In this document: positions 38,601 to 51,485 of the stretch, piece after piece
Position numbering within the stretch: position 1 is the first letter of the stretch
How the letters are laid out: each line of letters opens with the position of its first letter
Assembly (NCBI RefSeq): GCF_026571515.1
Contig: NW_026857137.1
Location: forward strand, 186,001-250,000
Source: Ruditapes philippinarum
Lineage: Eukaryota
Direction: 5' to 3'
DNA: 64,000 bases
The notes under the pieces: generated by a model
Told to the model about the DNA's origin: nothing
Database searches by the model: none
What the model saw: only the letters and a program-made list of their open reading frames with translations
Translations under genes and position numbers: made by a program

Positions 38601-40533
38601 AATAATCTGTCGTCATAGTTTGCTCCCAAACCGAATAGAAATCTTAAAATTTCTAGCCTGGTAAAGTAGTTGAAATGTGAAAGTTTTTATTGTATTTATG
38701 CGCCGTCAATGATACAATAATAAAACCAGATATTACATTATATACAGTCATCATAGGAAGCTATAGACCGTATGCTTGATTGGTTAACGCAATTATTTTA
38801 TATCAAAGAAAATTTGCATTGCTCGGAAATCAAACTCACGCAAGCGAACTATTTTATATGCATAACGCATTCTGATTACAATCCATCTTTTCGATCATAG
38901 CCGGGAATAACAACTACTTAATCATAAATAGGATTTGTTTGATTCATTGTCTGCCATATTCCATGTAGTTTATTATACCGATAAAAAGGACGAACTATCA
39001 TGTGCTATTTCACTAAATTTAATAGTCTGTCTTTATAAGGTTTGTTTGGCATTCAAATTTTGATCAATATTTTCAATAAATCACACGATATCTGTGACAT
39101 AACATGTCACATTTCATATTTCAATTATGTGAATGTCGTTTAAATTAAAGAAAACCAAAACAAGACAAATAAAAGGAACGGAAATTTTACAAAAAGTAAA
39201 TGCCATCTTTTTTTAGCCCGGTAATTTATTTATAAACAGTTCAATGCTAATTAGGTTTATGATATTTTTTTGTAGCTACTGCATTGACTTTGAAGAGGCG
39301 CTGAATCTATTATTAAAACATTTTTATATAAAAGAAATTATACTGTTAGGAAATGAATTAAAACTGAATTGATTTAAAATCAATATTTGTAATATGAAAC
39401 CATATGAAACCAACAATTAAAATTCAGTTTTTTTTTTAAATTAATGTACCATTGAAAACGGAACATTTGCATGTTAATGTATCTATAATCATATTTTCAG
39501 TTAATTAAAATTTTCATCTATCAATACATTTTTACGGAAATTTGAAAGTCTAAACAACATTTCGGTTTTGTTAATTAAGAAAATTATTCATCAACTTAAA
39601 AGAATCTTTTTAGATTAAATAAAAATATCTGTTTTTATTCGACTGCACAAAAACAGCAAAACATGCAAATATTATCTAATAGAACTTCAATTAAAATCGT
39701 CATTCTTCGCAACATCAATAAATAAGATAAAATGACTTCTTTTATTCCCAGAAATTTAAAGTTTGAATTTAATGTGCTGTTAGTGCACAAAGCCCCAACG
39801 AATTACACCAATGTCTTTTTGCCTCTTACATCCGTAGCAAGCAATAAAGACTTTTACATTGGCAATATGTCCTCTGATAACACTGACTGGGTTTATTTAA
39901 AGACACTTGACTTTTATTGCAATATTCGGAATGAGTTTCAGGAAATAACGGTGTCTCTATATATCTCGTGTGCATATAATGGTATAAAACTATATAAAAC
40001 GTTTAAACTAATGATACGTAATGATATTTAATGATAATTGTTCTTCCTATCTTATTTTGAAATTAATTTTTGGCCGATCAGAAAACAAGTTATTTCAATT
40101 CAAAACATGTAATTTAAAACATTTCTTCTAAATTATAGATCAATTATATATATCTTGGTCTGCTTAAATCCTAACAGAAATTCACAAATTTTGGTAAAAT
40201 ATATATATATAAAAACAATCACATATTTTAATATAAAAGGTTGGTCAAGGTCACATTTGCAAGCATTCATGTCGTTGCGAAACTCGCAAACTTAGTCAGT
40301 TGCTTTATCGTTAAAGTGAATTTAATACTTTGGATATTTTCAATCGTCTCCAATACTTACTTCTCAGAAATGTTTAAAAAGAGGAAACCTCTTTTTAAAA
40401 CATCTCTGAGAAGTAAGTATTGGTTTCACATTTAAAGATAGGTTTAACTTTAAAATACAATAAAATTAAAAGATAATCAAAATGTTTTATTAAATCAATG
40501 AATCAAAGTTTTCATAGGGAAATAGGTAATTAC

Positions 40534-40578
40534 CTGTCTAATCCATACATTTGTCGTCATTACTTGATTTAACTCATC
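40534..40578 (-). CDS. Locus B shared exon 2 (45-nt loop D exon)
   Basis: ttttcag|DELNQVMTTNVWIRQ|GTAATT; not in the ORF track. Confidence 0.9.
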
Positions 40579-41407
40579 CTGAAAATAAATCGAAATAAAA
40601 AAATAATTAAAATAACTTAAATAGATATATCAATCTTATTTTGTACATAAAGGATTATGGCATGGTAAGTAACTATGCATATTCAATGTAGTTATATATG
40701 ACATTTTGTTATTTTCTAATACCTCTCGCCCTATATATATTCGTAACTCATAGTCTCACTATTGCTCGAATATTCTAGCTATAAGTGGGTAGAAATGTAA
40801 AAAGATAATGCTTAATTTTAAAATAAAAGGGAAGCGAATTTCAAACATATTCTTATGTTGACTCCGTTTTCCGTGTATGTTCATACTTTATCATCACGAT
40901 ATATCCACGGACGTTTATCATCTATTGAACTATAAAATTTGTTACAAGAAAATGAGCGATTAGGGGCAACAGTTTATTAACATGACGTCTTTTGGATAAG
41001 ACTGTAATTGAATATAAATGTCTAAAAAGTCATTTGTTACTCTCTTGTTATTTATGTTACATGCAATGTCTGACTGATAACTGTGATTTTATCGAAAGAT
41101 CATAATGACAAATGGAGGCCATATTGGTGGTCTCAGGGGCTTTAACTCTGGGTATGTATATTGGAACGTTATCGTTAAGCCATATAATATATAGAAAAAT
41201 ATATATAAAATACTTTCAATAGGGGTACAAGCCAGATTTACAAGGCAATTGAAATGTTGACATCTCAGTGTAACTTTTTTTTAAAGTTGAATATACATTG
41301 GTTGCACCATAGTCAACACGTATGATAAAACAACAACAAACAACAACATAAAACATAAAACGAAAAACACGAATGGTGTGCACCATATACACATCTGTCA
41401 GATTTTG

Positions 41408-41645
41408 TCGGTAGCTGAGTTGTTAGCGTCGTTGAATTCAAACCGCTAGTCCCTCATCACTGTGGGTCCAAATCCTGCCAGTTACTTATGATTCTTTCAG
41501 GTCAGGAAGCTATCAAGCTAGCTTACAGAATGTCATTAGCTCAATATGTGTCTGTAATAATGCCCTGAGAGGCACTTTAAGGTCTTCCTCCACCAGTTAA
41601 ACTAGAAAGTTGCTTAATTACCTTTACGTTGTTGGTGCGCCGTGA
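41408..41645 (+). mobile_element. Degenerate tRNA-derived SINE
   Basis: A-box-like TAGCTGAGTTG, B-box-like GGGTCCAAATCC, core GGAAGCTATC..GCTTAC...GGTCTTCCTCCACCA resembling bivalve SINE cores (from recall). Confidence 0.6.
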
Positions 41646-43120
41646 CGTTTCATTCTGTTTTTATTAGTGTAAAATACTACATTTACAATTTTGTTAGTTT
41701 TTGTATAAGTACTTTTAAAACTAGCGATAAATTTTCCCATTCAGCAATTCTAGCAAAGAAAGGTATTTCCGCGAGATCAAACACAAAAAAAGAAGCTAAA
41801 TTTACAAACTAGATTTTATCGAGTATGTTAGATATTCCTTATGTCATATCTGTTGGAAAATCATTAATGTACATAACAATTAATATACAATGGGTAAGAA
41901 CTTTGAATCAGTTATGAGATGTAAATGTCTTGTAAATTTTTGATTGATGTAAATATTATTAAAATGACCACAATAATAGAGACTAGAGAGTAAGTATGGA
42001 GAATAAGTATGCGTTATATGTCACTTTCTGTCAAAGTCTTGTGTTGTTTATTGAAGCGACCTGTCCGAATAATACTGTTATGAAAGATTCATCAATTCAT
42101 TATTGTGAATACTATTCATTCGGCACCGGAAGGAACACATTGATATACATAGGGAAATTATTTTCTGTAAGAGCAATGTAATTGCATTGTCATTGCATTT
42201 ATGCTCAACATTGCATTTTTGTTATTATTATTGCATTTGTTTGTCATTACCTAGGTATTGTATAATAACATAACAAAGATCAATTATAATGCGAAAAATG
42301 GAACCAGTTCCAGCGTAATTCACTTAAAGTATTCTAACTTGAACCACAATTGTAATATACGTTTAAACTATTTCATGTTTAGTTGTTAACGCCTTTGATA
42401 TCGGATGGTAATTCATATTCACCTTTTACTGGCCTTTTCCAAGTACCGTTTAGACAAAATTGTCTTTGTAGGAAGTGATAGTTACATTGATAGTGAATAT
42501 ATAGCATGTGGTAAAATAAAAAAATAGAACAGAAATTATAAGTAAGCAGTTTTGTCTGCAAAAAATAATGTATGTGGGTAATTACTCTATTCATTGTCTC
42601 TAAATTGATTCAATCACCTTAATCTGTGTTTTAATAACTCGTCGAAGTTGAAACGAAACATTTACTTGTCTTAATTCTATCTTATATTAAAAAGTAGAAT
42701 TTTAAATTCCGATACATCTGTAAAATCACGTTTCAATAATATCTTTAGCAAAAACCGTTCATATCTTAACAAAATATGAAAGAGGTTTAAAAAAAACCTT
42801 TTTAGCTTCCAACTCAATCCATGACTTTATAAAGGAGCAATTTTGACGGAACAATAACATAAGTAAAAGTCTATCATTAAATAAGAACTTGTACTAAACG
42901 TCATCTGTCGCTCTGTTATTATTCACGAAACATGCAATGCTGGTAATTACCGCCATTTTATTCCGATATTATTATGACAAATGGTAACTTTATGTCAGTC
43001 TGGACTCACTCCATCTTGATCTAGCGTAGGCAATCATTTTAGGTAAGTTTTACTCACGAACACCAATCAATGTCTCTGAAATGTGATTATAAGCAGAAAA
43101 TTGCGCATAATCTTACTTTA

Positions 43121-43642
43121 GAGTGCAACGTGACGGCTTTAGAAATTAACTACTGTCTAAATGTTAAATCGGGAAAACCTTATATAGATTTGGGTATACA
43201 TCTCCAAGTTTTGTTATGTCAAGCTGTTATTTTAATGACATAGTTCATCTAATGTTAGATGTTAACGTGTAACCTATAAAAATTGAAACAATAAACATTT
43301 AAGTGCAACGTGGCTGCTCTAAATATTGTGCCTGGGTGTTAACCCGGGAAACCTTTGTAAAGAATTTGGTATATTTCTCCAAGCCTTTGTATGTAAAGCC
43401 GATATTTTAATTACGTAGTTCATCTTTTGTTAGATGGTAACGTGTAATCTTTAAAAGAAATAAAACAGTAAAATAAATGTACACCATGACGGCTTTAAAT
43501 TTAACAAGTGTCTTAGTGTTAAAACGAGAAAACGTTTGTTGGAAATTGGTTATACATGTACTTCCAATTCTTTTTATGCAAAGCGATTACTTGAAATATA
43601 TAGTACATCTTTTGTTAGATGTTAACGTGTAACCTGTAAAAA
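43121..43642. repeat. Three diverged tandem copies of a ~180-bp unit
   Basis: Recurring TAGTTCATCT..TGTTAGATG.TAACGTGTAA at ~43241, 43416 and 43601. Confidence 0.8.
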
Positions 43643-45289
43643 ACAAAGAAGGCCAGACTCACAGACACGTGTGAATTATGATACTTCATATCATATACTT
43701 TTCCAGCCACTAGGAATGATGGGGATTTCCAAGTTTACGTGTGTTTGTCAGCATCTGCTATCAAGTACACATTTAAGATGTGTTTTGACAATACTTTCAA
43801 AAGGAAAATGTGCATGTAAGATGGCGAAGAACCCTATTAATTTCAAACATCACTAAGAACGTGTCTGTTGTTTTGCTAGACATCGTTAGAGAAAATTTGT
43901 ATTTATAAGTGACAGTGCTTGTTTGGACAAATTATCATTATTCCTTGATGTGATAATAAAAATGAAAGACAAGTATGTCCAATGATTCTGGTTTATTCTG
44001 AGAATGTTCACATTAAGAATCTCCCGTCTTAGGTTGTTATGTTAATTGCATCTCAGAATTTCATATCCCCATATGTTTAAAAGTACGTCTACACTGAGGG
44101 GTTCTTTGACATGTCAACACTGGAAAATGTTTTTTGAGAATTATACAAAAATTTATGAACTATTTTCGTGCAGGTCTGGACCAATAACTTGTGTGCAATT
44201 TTTTAGATCATTCGCTAAGTTTGAAAATTCAAATTTTTGTGTTCCTTGGCTTTTAGACCTCGGTTGTGTTTCCTTAAATTTGATACGGTATAATCGTTAT
44301 ATTAAGAAGTCCTGATGGTGTATGATACAACAAAGTGGTCAGTTCTTTAATGTCATAAATTCTCTTATATATAACTATTCGAATGATAATACAATATTTA
44401 GCTTGACACATTTCACAAAGTTCAATACATTTATGGATTCTATAATTGACTTTCCATCCATGCTAGTTGCTTTTTGACTGACATGGATATGTTCTATTTT
44501 AGCAAGTATCGAACATAAATGAGCCGCTGCAGTTATTAATGACTATTTATTTAAAAAATAAACTAGTCTGTTTGGACTATAGAACTGACTATTTGTTTTT
44601 AACAGTGATGTCATTGTTAGTAGTACGTTACAACAAAAACGCTGTTACAGAACAGAACATCTTTATTTATTTGCAAATACATGCATATATATTCATGCCC
44701 TTCACAAATAGATGAAATCGTATCGGAAAATATTATTAAATTATAATTGATTAATTAAACTTCAAGCTATCAGCAATTATCAAATATTAATTATAAAATC
44801 AAGAGTATTCATTGAAAGTTATAGCATAATACTTTTTATTCAAAATCAAAATATCTTCATAAATATAGTTTTTTTTAATATCTGTGCCATTATAGAAATG
44901 GTTATATTTTGTTATTATTAAAATAATTATGCAAATATGTTAACCGATATGTCATGTATAAAAAATGTCTTAATAAATGTCCAGATACAAAACAATATAA
45001 GTGGTATAAAATAATTTTACCTTAATGCAGCATGCCTTTGGATTCCTGCTCATTTTCACAAAAAAATAAAATTGTATCTAAAAGTAAATATTGTGAAGTG
45101 AACAAAAATTAATTAAAATCAATTAAACATCCTGAAAATGTTACTAAATGATATACTTGTACATAGGTAGATATTAAATTGTTAAATTGTAGCTTATATT
45201 AATAATTCAGAACATTGAAGTTAAGCAATGCTTTTGGGATAGTCAATGGGGAATCTTCAGAATGCTTGTTAACTTATCATCAGTGGTGA

Positions 45290-45570
45290 TTTTTGTAGTT
45301 TACCATCTGGATCACGGCAGTTAGCCACTTTGAATACAATACACCGTCAACGAATCGTTTTTTGACAGGCTGTTAAACGGTTTACCAGTACTAAATGCCT
45401 TCACTTTCCATGAAGTTCTTTACATGCCAGGACAGGGATGCAGACGAGTGCGTACGGCCGTAGAAAGGATTTCATGATCAGTCCCAAGGAAAATAGCCTG
45501 CATTGTCCGGAAATCGAACCCGGTCGCCTGATTCACAGTCCAACGCTTGACCAGTTGAACTAACTGTGCA
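45290..45570 (-). mobile_element. tRNA-derived SINE with a tRNA-like head (GTG loop)
   Basis: Minus strand TAGTTCAACTGG (A box)...CTGTGAA...GGGTTCGATTTCC (B box), followed by a non-tRNA body. Confidence 0.6.
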
Positions 45571-46648
45571 ATATCATTACCGTTTTTTGTTTTCAATTTT
45601 TGTATTCGGATTTGAAGCACTATCAATTTAATATAAATCCACTACATAACTCAGACAACCAATAATCTCAACGATAAATTGCCACCGATTTATTCGATTT
45701 TCAAGTGAAAACATAAAGGTATTGATAAAGAAATGTATAAGGGGGTTCCGTTCTTATTATTCTAATTATTCAGTAAGAAACACTTTAATTGGTTTATTAT
45801 TTACATTGTTAAGGCAATTTTAAAGACCAAATAAAATCGATTTAACATGACTATACGCTATATTCGTTAAATACTTGGTTCAGATGGGTATTGCTCTAAA
45901 TATACTTTGCTTAAATTTGACAATATTGATAATTGATATACAGTCTCTTTGTAGATATTATAAACCATGTTTTGACTTCACACAAAGTTGATAATTATGC
46001 TATCACACTTAAAGCGGACACAATATTAATATGACGTGTTAATATTTAACCAAATGTACTTGACCAGTAATAGGGAATGCAGCTTCGCAAAGTTTGTACA
46101 TTCTTTCCTTTAAATTAGACATATTCGGTGAGAATTGCATATTTTTCAATAAATTTCTGCGATAAAATTTTTTACTCAAAGATGTGCATAGTATATCTTT
46201 AACACATTTAAAGGGAACGACCTACAATTTCCTTAATAAAAAAGGTTACGCTTTTATTAGTCTGTTCCAAAGTGTTTTTATAACAAACGAACCTTAAAAC
46301 TTATTAACTCAACATATGTTATTAAGTATAAAGATTGGAATGATATAGACAAATACTATGATTAATGTGAAGTCATGGAAAACCACGTATAATTGCCTGA
46401 TATGTAAACACCGGTAACATTATCTTCTGGTATTACTAGACCTATCCAATACAACATTGGTATAAATTACCTATCCAATATCATTGTATCAAAGAAATAT
46501 ATACCATCTGTCCACAATATACCGATCGAACATGTTCTGCTCGTGTTTATTAAATGCGGTAACAGCTTGAAGTCCTGTATATTGTTTTGTGTAAAATGAA
46601 TAAAATAAGAACAAATCAATGTCAATATGAAATATAAGATACACTTAC

Positions 46649-46855
46649 CACGTCAATTATCTGTGAAAGTCGGATTCCCATTTTCACAGTCAGTGGGCGG
46701 TCTGTGTTATTACCGACTGGTCGTATTAGTTTGTTGTATTTATTCTGAATTAAAAGATCATGATATAATCGTTTAGCATCGTCATTCGCATAACACTCCA
46801 TTGCCAGTAACACAGCGCCGAAAATACACAGGTGTGCTAATACCGTAAGCGCCAT
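46649..46855 (-). CDS. Locus B nAChR shared exon 1 (signal peptide to beta1 strand)
   Basis: [35 protein letters not shown]...[30 protein letters not shown]; GTAAGT donor, phase 0. Confidence 0.93.
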
Positions 46856-48129
46856 TTTTACCGTTTTACTTTTTCAGTGTTTTGCACAACGTTATAACCG
46901 AAACTAACTACCTCACAGTTTATCTTACGATCATATTTTGCAATCACATTAACTGTATTGAAACGAACATGTTTACATTGCGGTTTCGATAGCTTTATAT
47001 AAAGAATATCCATTGATTAACGAGTGAATATTGAATCTCACAAATGTTCTTTGATATTGTATAGTCCTATCTCTCCGTGCTCCTATTGGAAGAAACGTTT
47101 CGCTATGAAACACGGCCAACTTTCGCTATACAACAAACAGCACTACACACAAAAATCACTGTTATTACTTTTCCGTCTGTTCTACAGATATATGTATCAA
47201 ACTGTAATTTCTATGAAAATAAATCAAGCACTTATACCCTATTACTTGTTGTAATATCATTGGAATGTATTTTAAGTATATGATATGATATGTTCCGATT
47301 ACACAGGTTTATGATAAGAATGATTTATCAAATATTTTAACAAGAATTTTCTTTATCAGATTTTGTTTTTATCTTTTCAAACGTACTTATTTTCCGTATA
47401 TTTTATTCCTGTAACCTGACACGCACACGATTATCCCGGTATGAAGTCCGTCAGGGCTTCGCACAGCTGGTAGGCTGGTTCATGTCCAGTACGCGGCAAT
47501 GGTTTTCCGTGCCCATTGCCAAGTTTTCTCCATCGCAATTTTTCCCATTGATTTATGCGGTAAAATGACAACAAATTGCCGATAACAATGATAATGCTGA
47601 CCCAGAATTTATGAACATTCGTGAAATATTCCAGCATACAGGTTAATAATTGAAATATTATTAAACTTGTTAAACCGGACAAGAATATGTTCATTATTAG
47701 CTTATCTCGCCTCCTTATCTAAATGGTCGTAGGTATGTAAAATAATGGTTTCTACTATCTGAAATATGTGTCCGAAAACAGCTTAAGCAAGAACGATGAA
47801 GGGTTTTGTTTCAAAATAATATTATATACAAGTTTTGTTTAAAAAAAAAATTGGAAATAAATTCAACTGCGATTCAAAACTTGAGAAATATAGATTACTT
47901 TTTTACCGCCTTGTTATGTTTAACTTCTCTACAAAGAACCTTTTTCATATTAACCGAAACGGCTGGTAATTTCTTCATAAACCATGAAGCATTGTCTGAT
48001 AACTTTCCTATCAAAACTTTTTTATACTTACAATAATACCTTTCTGATGGGAAATTTTCCTTCTTATTATTTTGAATGCAAACTTTTTGATGAAATAGGT
48101 ATATACCGTCCGTTTATCTAACGGTAACA

Positions 48130-48180
48130 AATAAATAAATAAATAAATAACAAAATAAATAAATAAATAAATAAATAAAC
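48130..48180. repeat. (AAAT)n microsatellite
   Basis: Direct reading. Confidence 0.9.
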
Positions 48181-48390
48181 AAACGGGAAAGGCCAGTCTT
48201 AAATATATTCGTTTCTCTTCCTGTGAGCCATGCAAGCAAGAAAGGGTATGGCAGGATAAGTTTTGGTAGGGTAGGGTAGAAAGGATTTTTTTTATCTAAA
48301 TACATTGTGATATATTATCATATTGGTTTTTATTTAAATTACACGGATGATGTACTTTAGTTTACATGATACCTATATGTTTAACTACAA

Positions 48391-48773
48391 TTGTATCATA
48401 GTTTGGGGACCTTTCTGTTGAAAAAGTGTCCGAGTTAAATCGTATACATATACATGCACAGTGCGGTAACTGGAGTGCAGGTATCAGTTACACGCACTCC
48501 AGATCATGCCCGTTGATTGGCTCATTTTTACTGGGGTTTACATATTGTGTCGGCAGAGAAAGGGAAAGCGGCAGAAATATCATTTTCAGATGCTGGATCA
48601 TTGGTTACTTTTTCCCGGGGTTTAAAATTGTGACAACAGGGAACGTGTTTTTATGTTTGACTATGATACAAAAGAGAAAGAACACCAAAACACTCGGCAA
48701 TCTGATTTATACTCGGGGGCTACGCCCCTCGTACAAATCAGATAGCCTCGTGTTTCGTAGCTCTTTCTATTAC
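48391..48773 (+). repeat. Dispersed ~380-bp repeat, family 2, copy 2
   Basis: Inverted homolog of 9606-9987. Confidence 0.85.
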
Positions 48774-50381
48774 ATAGCAAATACTATATTAAATAAAATC
48801 ATGCATTTCGTTATTTAAGGACATATACTCGTCTCATTTGATGTTACGTTATTCGTATATATTCCCTTTATGGTTGGTATTTTATGTTTTATTTGGATTA
48901 CAACATGTACTCATTTATTTCGGCTGTATAATACTGAAAAGATTCGTGTATTGAGAAATAGCAGCACGTTTAAATTTCCTTTGAGGTCATGAATCAGTAA
49001 CCTTTTATATATCATAAATGATATAGCGAGATTATTAGATCGGACATGGAAATATGGATTATTATCAAATACAAACTTAATAATTATGGAGAATCATGTC
49101 TGATAAACATATGCGCATTTTACGTAAAAAAGAAAATAAATGAATTAAATGCCCATGTGGCTACTTGCAATGCTTTTAGTTATTTGAGTTTATATCAATT
49201 TTATGAATTATAAAACGAAACTACAAAAGTTTGTTTACATCTAGATGATAATAAAACCACGTCATCTTGTCTCAGCAAATACTCAACGGATACATAGCTT
49301 CGATAATAAATATCACTTTCATTTATTTATGAAATAGTAAAACTCTACAGAGACATATCAAATGTAAAAGAGTAATACTATGCCAAATTTATTTGCAAAT
49401 TTCAGCTTGTTTTAAGATATTTGAGGAAAGAATTTGCAATATTATGATATATCTGTTAGACATTATGGGTTATGAAAAATCTAAAAGTAGCTTTTAGTGG
49501 CATACCGTATAAAAATAACTTTTTTATTGCGATCAAAAATACCGGAAAGAAATCCGAACATCAAAAGGTGACGTTAATTGAGAGTAGTTTCTTTGATAAA
49601 TTGCAACTGGGAGTACTATAATGTAATAATTTACTACACGTGTTTACAGTTATAGAACCTTTAAGTATTCACTTTCACCTTTGATGCCGGCTCGCCACGG
49701 CGAGCCGGTATTACGGTAGGATTTTACTGAGAAACAACCTAAAACTCCGAAGCTATCCAAATATTTAATCGAAGCTTGGCTTCCAGCTTTCTACAAAATT
49801 TATCTATCAGGGCTAGGATCCAAAATTATTTAGCCAATCAAAGTTAATCTTACATAGCGTCAAAAAACCTTCAATTTTCACGCCATTTTTAAAAATCAGC
49901 AAGTATTGTTTTGAGCGCAAAGATATAATGATGATTAAAATGTTTGTCTTTATGAATTCTTTTCAATAAATCATATTTACACTGACTTCTGATTTAGCGA
50001 TTTCACCTGTTTTCTCTGTAGTAAGTTTTCGTTTGGTTAATTAACATAAGTGTACATCTGGTTCTGTGCATTTTTTATTTTTCCTTTTTTCCGGTCATTT
50101 TATCCTTTCCGGTATTTAGTGTATGTATTTACTGGCCGGGATCCGGGACGCCCGGGATCCGGGATCATATAAGATATGGAGGAAAAACCTAATGAACTAT
50201 ATTTGTGTTGATTATTGTCGTAATGAAAGGCCATTAAACGTTAATTTTTTTATTGTATATAATGAACGTTAAATTAATTTAACTTAGAATATAGATATAT
50301 TTAGAGCTATTAATTAACAAACTTAAAATGCGGAAATCACAATACTAATAATAATATGCCTAATTAATTGGAAAAATCAAA

Positions 50382-50656
50382 GACTATTTTCTTGAATTGG
50401 TCAAATCCCGGGATCCCTATATGTTTTAAAACGATCCCAGCTTTTCTGAAAACTATATACTTGAACTGGCCAATCCGTGAGATCTATTTACATTTTAATA
50501 CGATCCCGGCTATTCTGAAAACTATATTCTTGAACTGGTCAATTCCCGGGATCCCTACATGTTTTAATAGGATCCCGGCTTATCTGAAAAACATCTTCTT
50601 AGACTGGTCAATTTCCGGGATCCCTATATTTCTTAATAGGATCCAGGCTTTTCTGG
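50382..50656. repeat. Four tandem 69-bp units
   Basis: Unit ACTATATTCTTGAACTGGTCAATTCCCGGGATCCCTA...GATCCCGGCT..TCTGAAA; the ORF track shows 23-aa periodicity. Confidence 0.85.
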
Positions 50657-51485
50657 CTGAATTGATTGACAACTTGTGTTTACTTTAGGACTTGTGCCTC
50701 TCATTCCAATACTAAATAACATACATGTATTACAACTTAATTTTGTATAAAGAGACATCTTTATGAAATCTACCTATCTAACATTTTGTGGTCAAGGTCA
50801 ACAGGCCATATAGTAAATGTGCATAGACATAGGTTCTTCATTTTATCTGTTTACATGCACCTTCATATATACTCATACTCATCTTGGTTAAACTGAGAGA
50901 ACTTTATATGTCACTTTCAGTCAATGAGTTTAAGATTTTGAATTTACTGGCCCGAATTCCAGTTTTGAATTTATTCTACTAAATAATTAACAAAATTTTC
51001 TTAAATTTACACTGGCCTGAACTTATATACACTGGCCATCGGGCACCGGGCCAGTGTTGACTTCACTTTTATTTTGATGTTCGCTGAAGTCTCTTCAGCT
51101 AACAGAACTGTCATTTTTACATTTAAACACACCCCTTTAAAAAAAATACGAAGCGAGTCGCTACTAGCTTTTTTAAAAGCTTACCTTGTATATTCATATT
51201 ATAGTTACACGTAAATGTATAATATCTAAATAGTGGAAATATGGATTAAACAAAGCTGTGGTGGAACATATGATTCAAAACATGTTCAATATGATGAGAT
51301 ATTTCCACGGCGAATACTGTCATCAGTCTTTGTCGTCATAGTATGTGTAAGTTATCTGCGAAAGGGTAAATATCAAAATGAAAATATCTCTGTTTATTCT
51401 CATTTATTGAAACAAGTATTTAATTTAGTAAAAAAATTAACCCGGAAGCTCGGTAGATTTCATAGAGTACTACATTGTTCCTAAA

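Noticed and set aside
45500-45570. tRNA-His(GTG) gene
   Set aside because: Acceptor and D stems pair poorly and the sequence continues into a SINE-like body.
47380-47530. GC-richer block as a non-coding first exon of locus B
   Set aside because: Plausible donor-like sites exist, but boundaries cannot be supported without transcript data.
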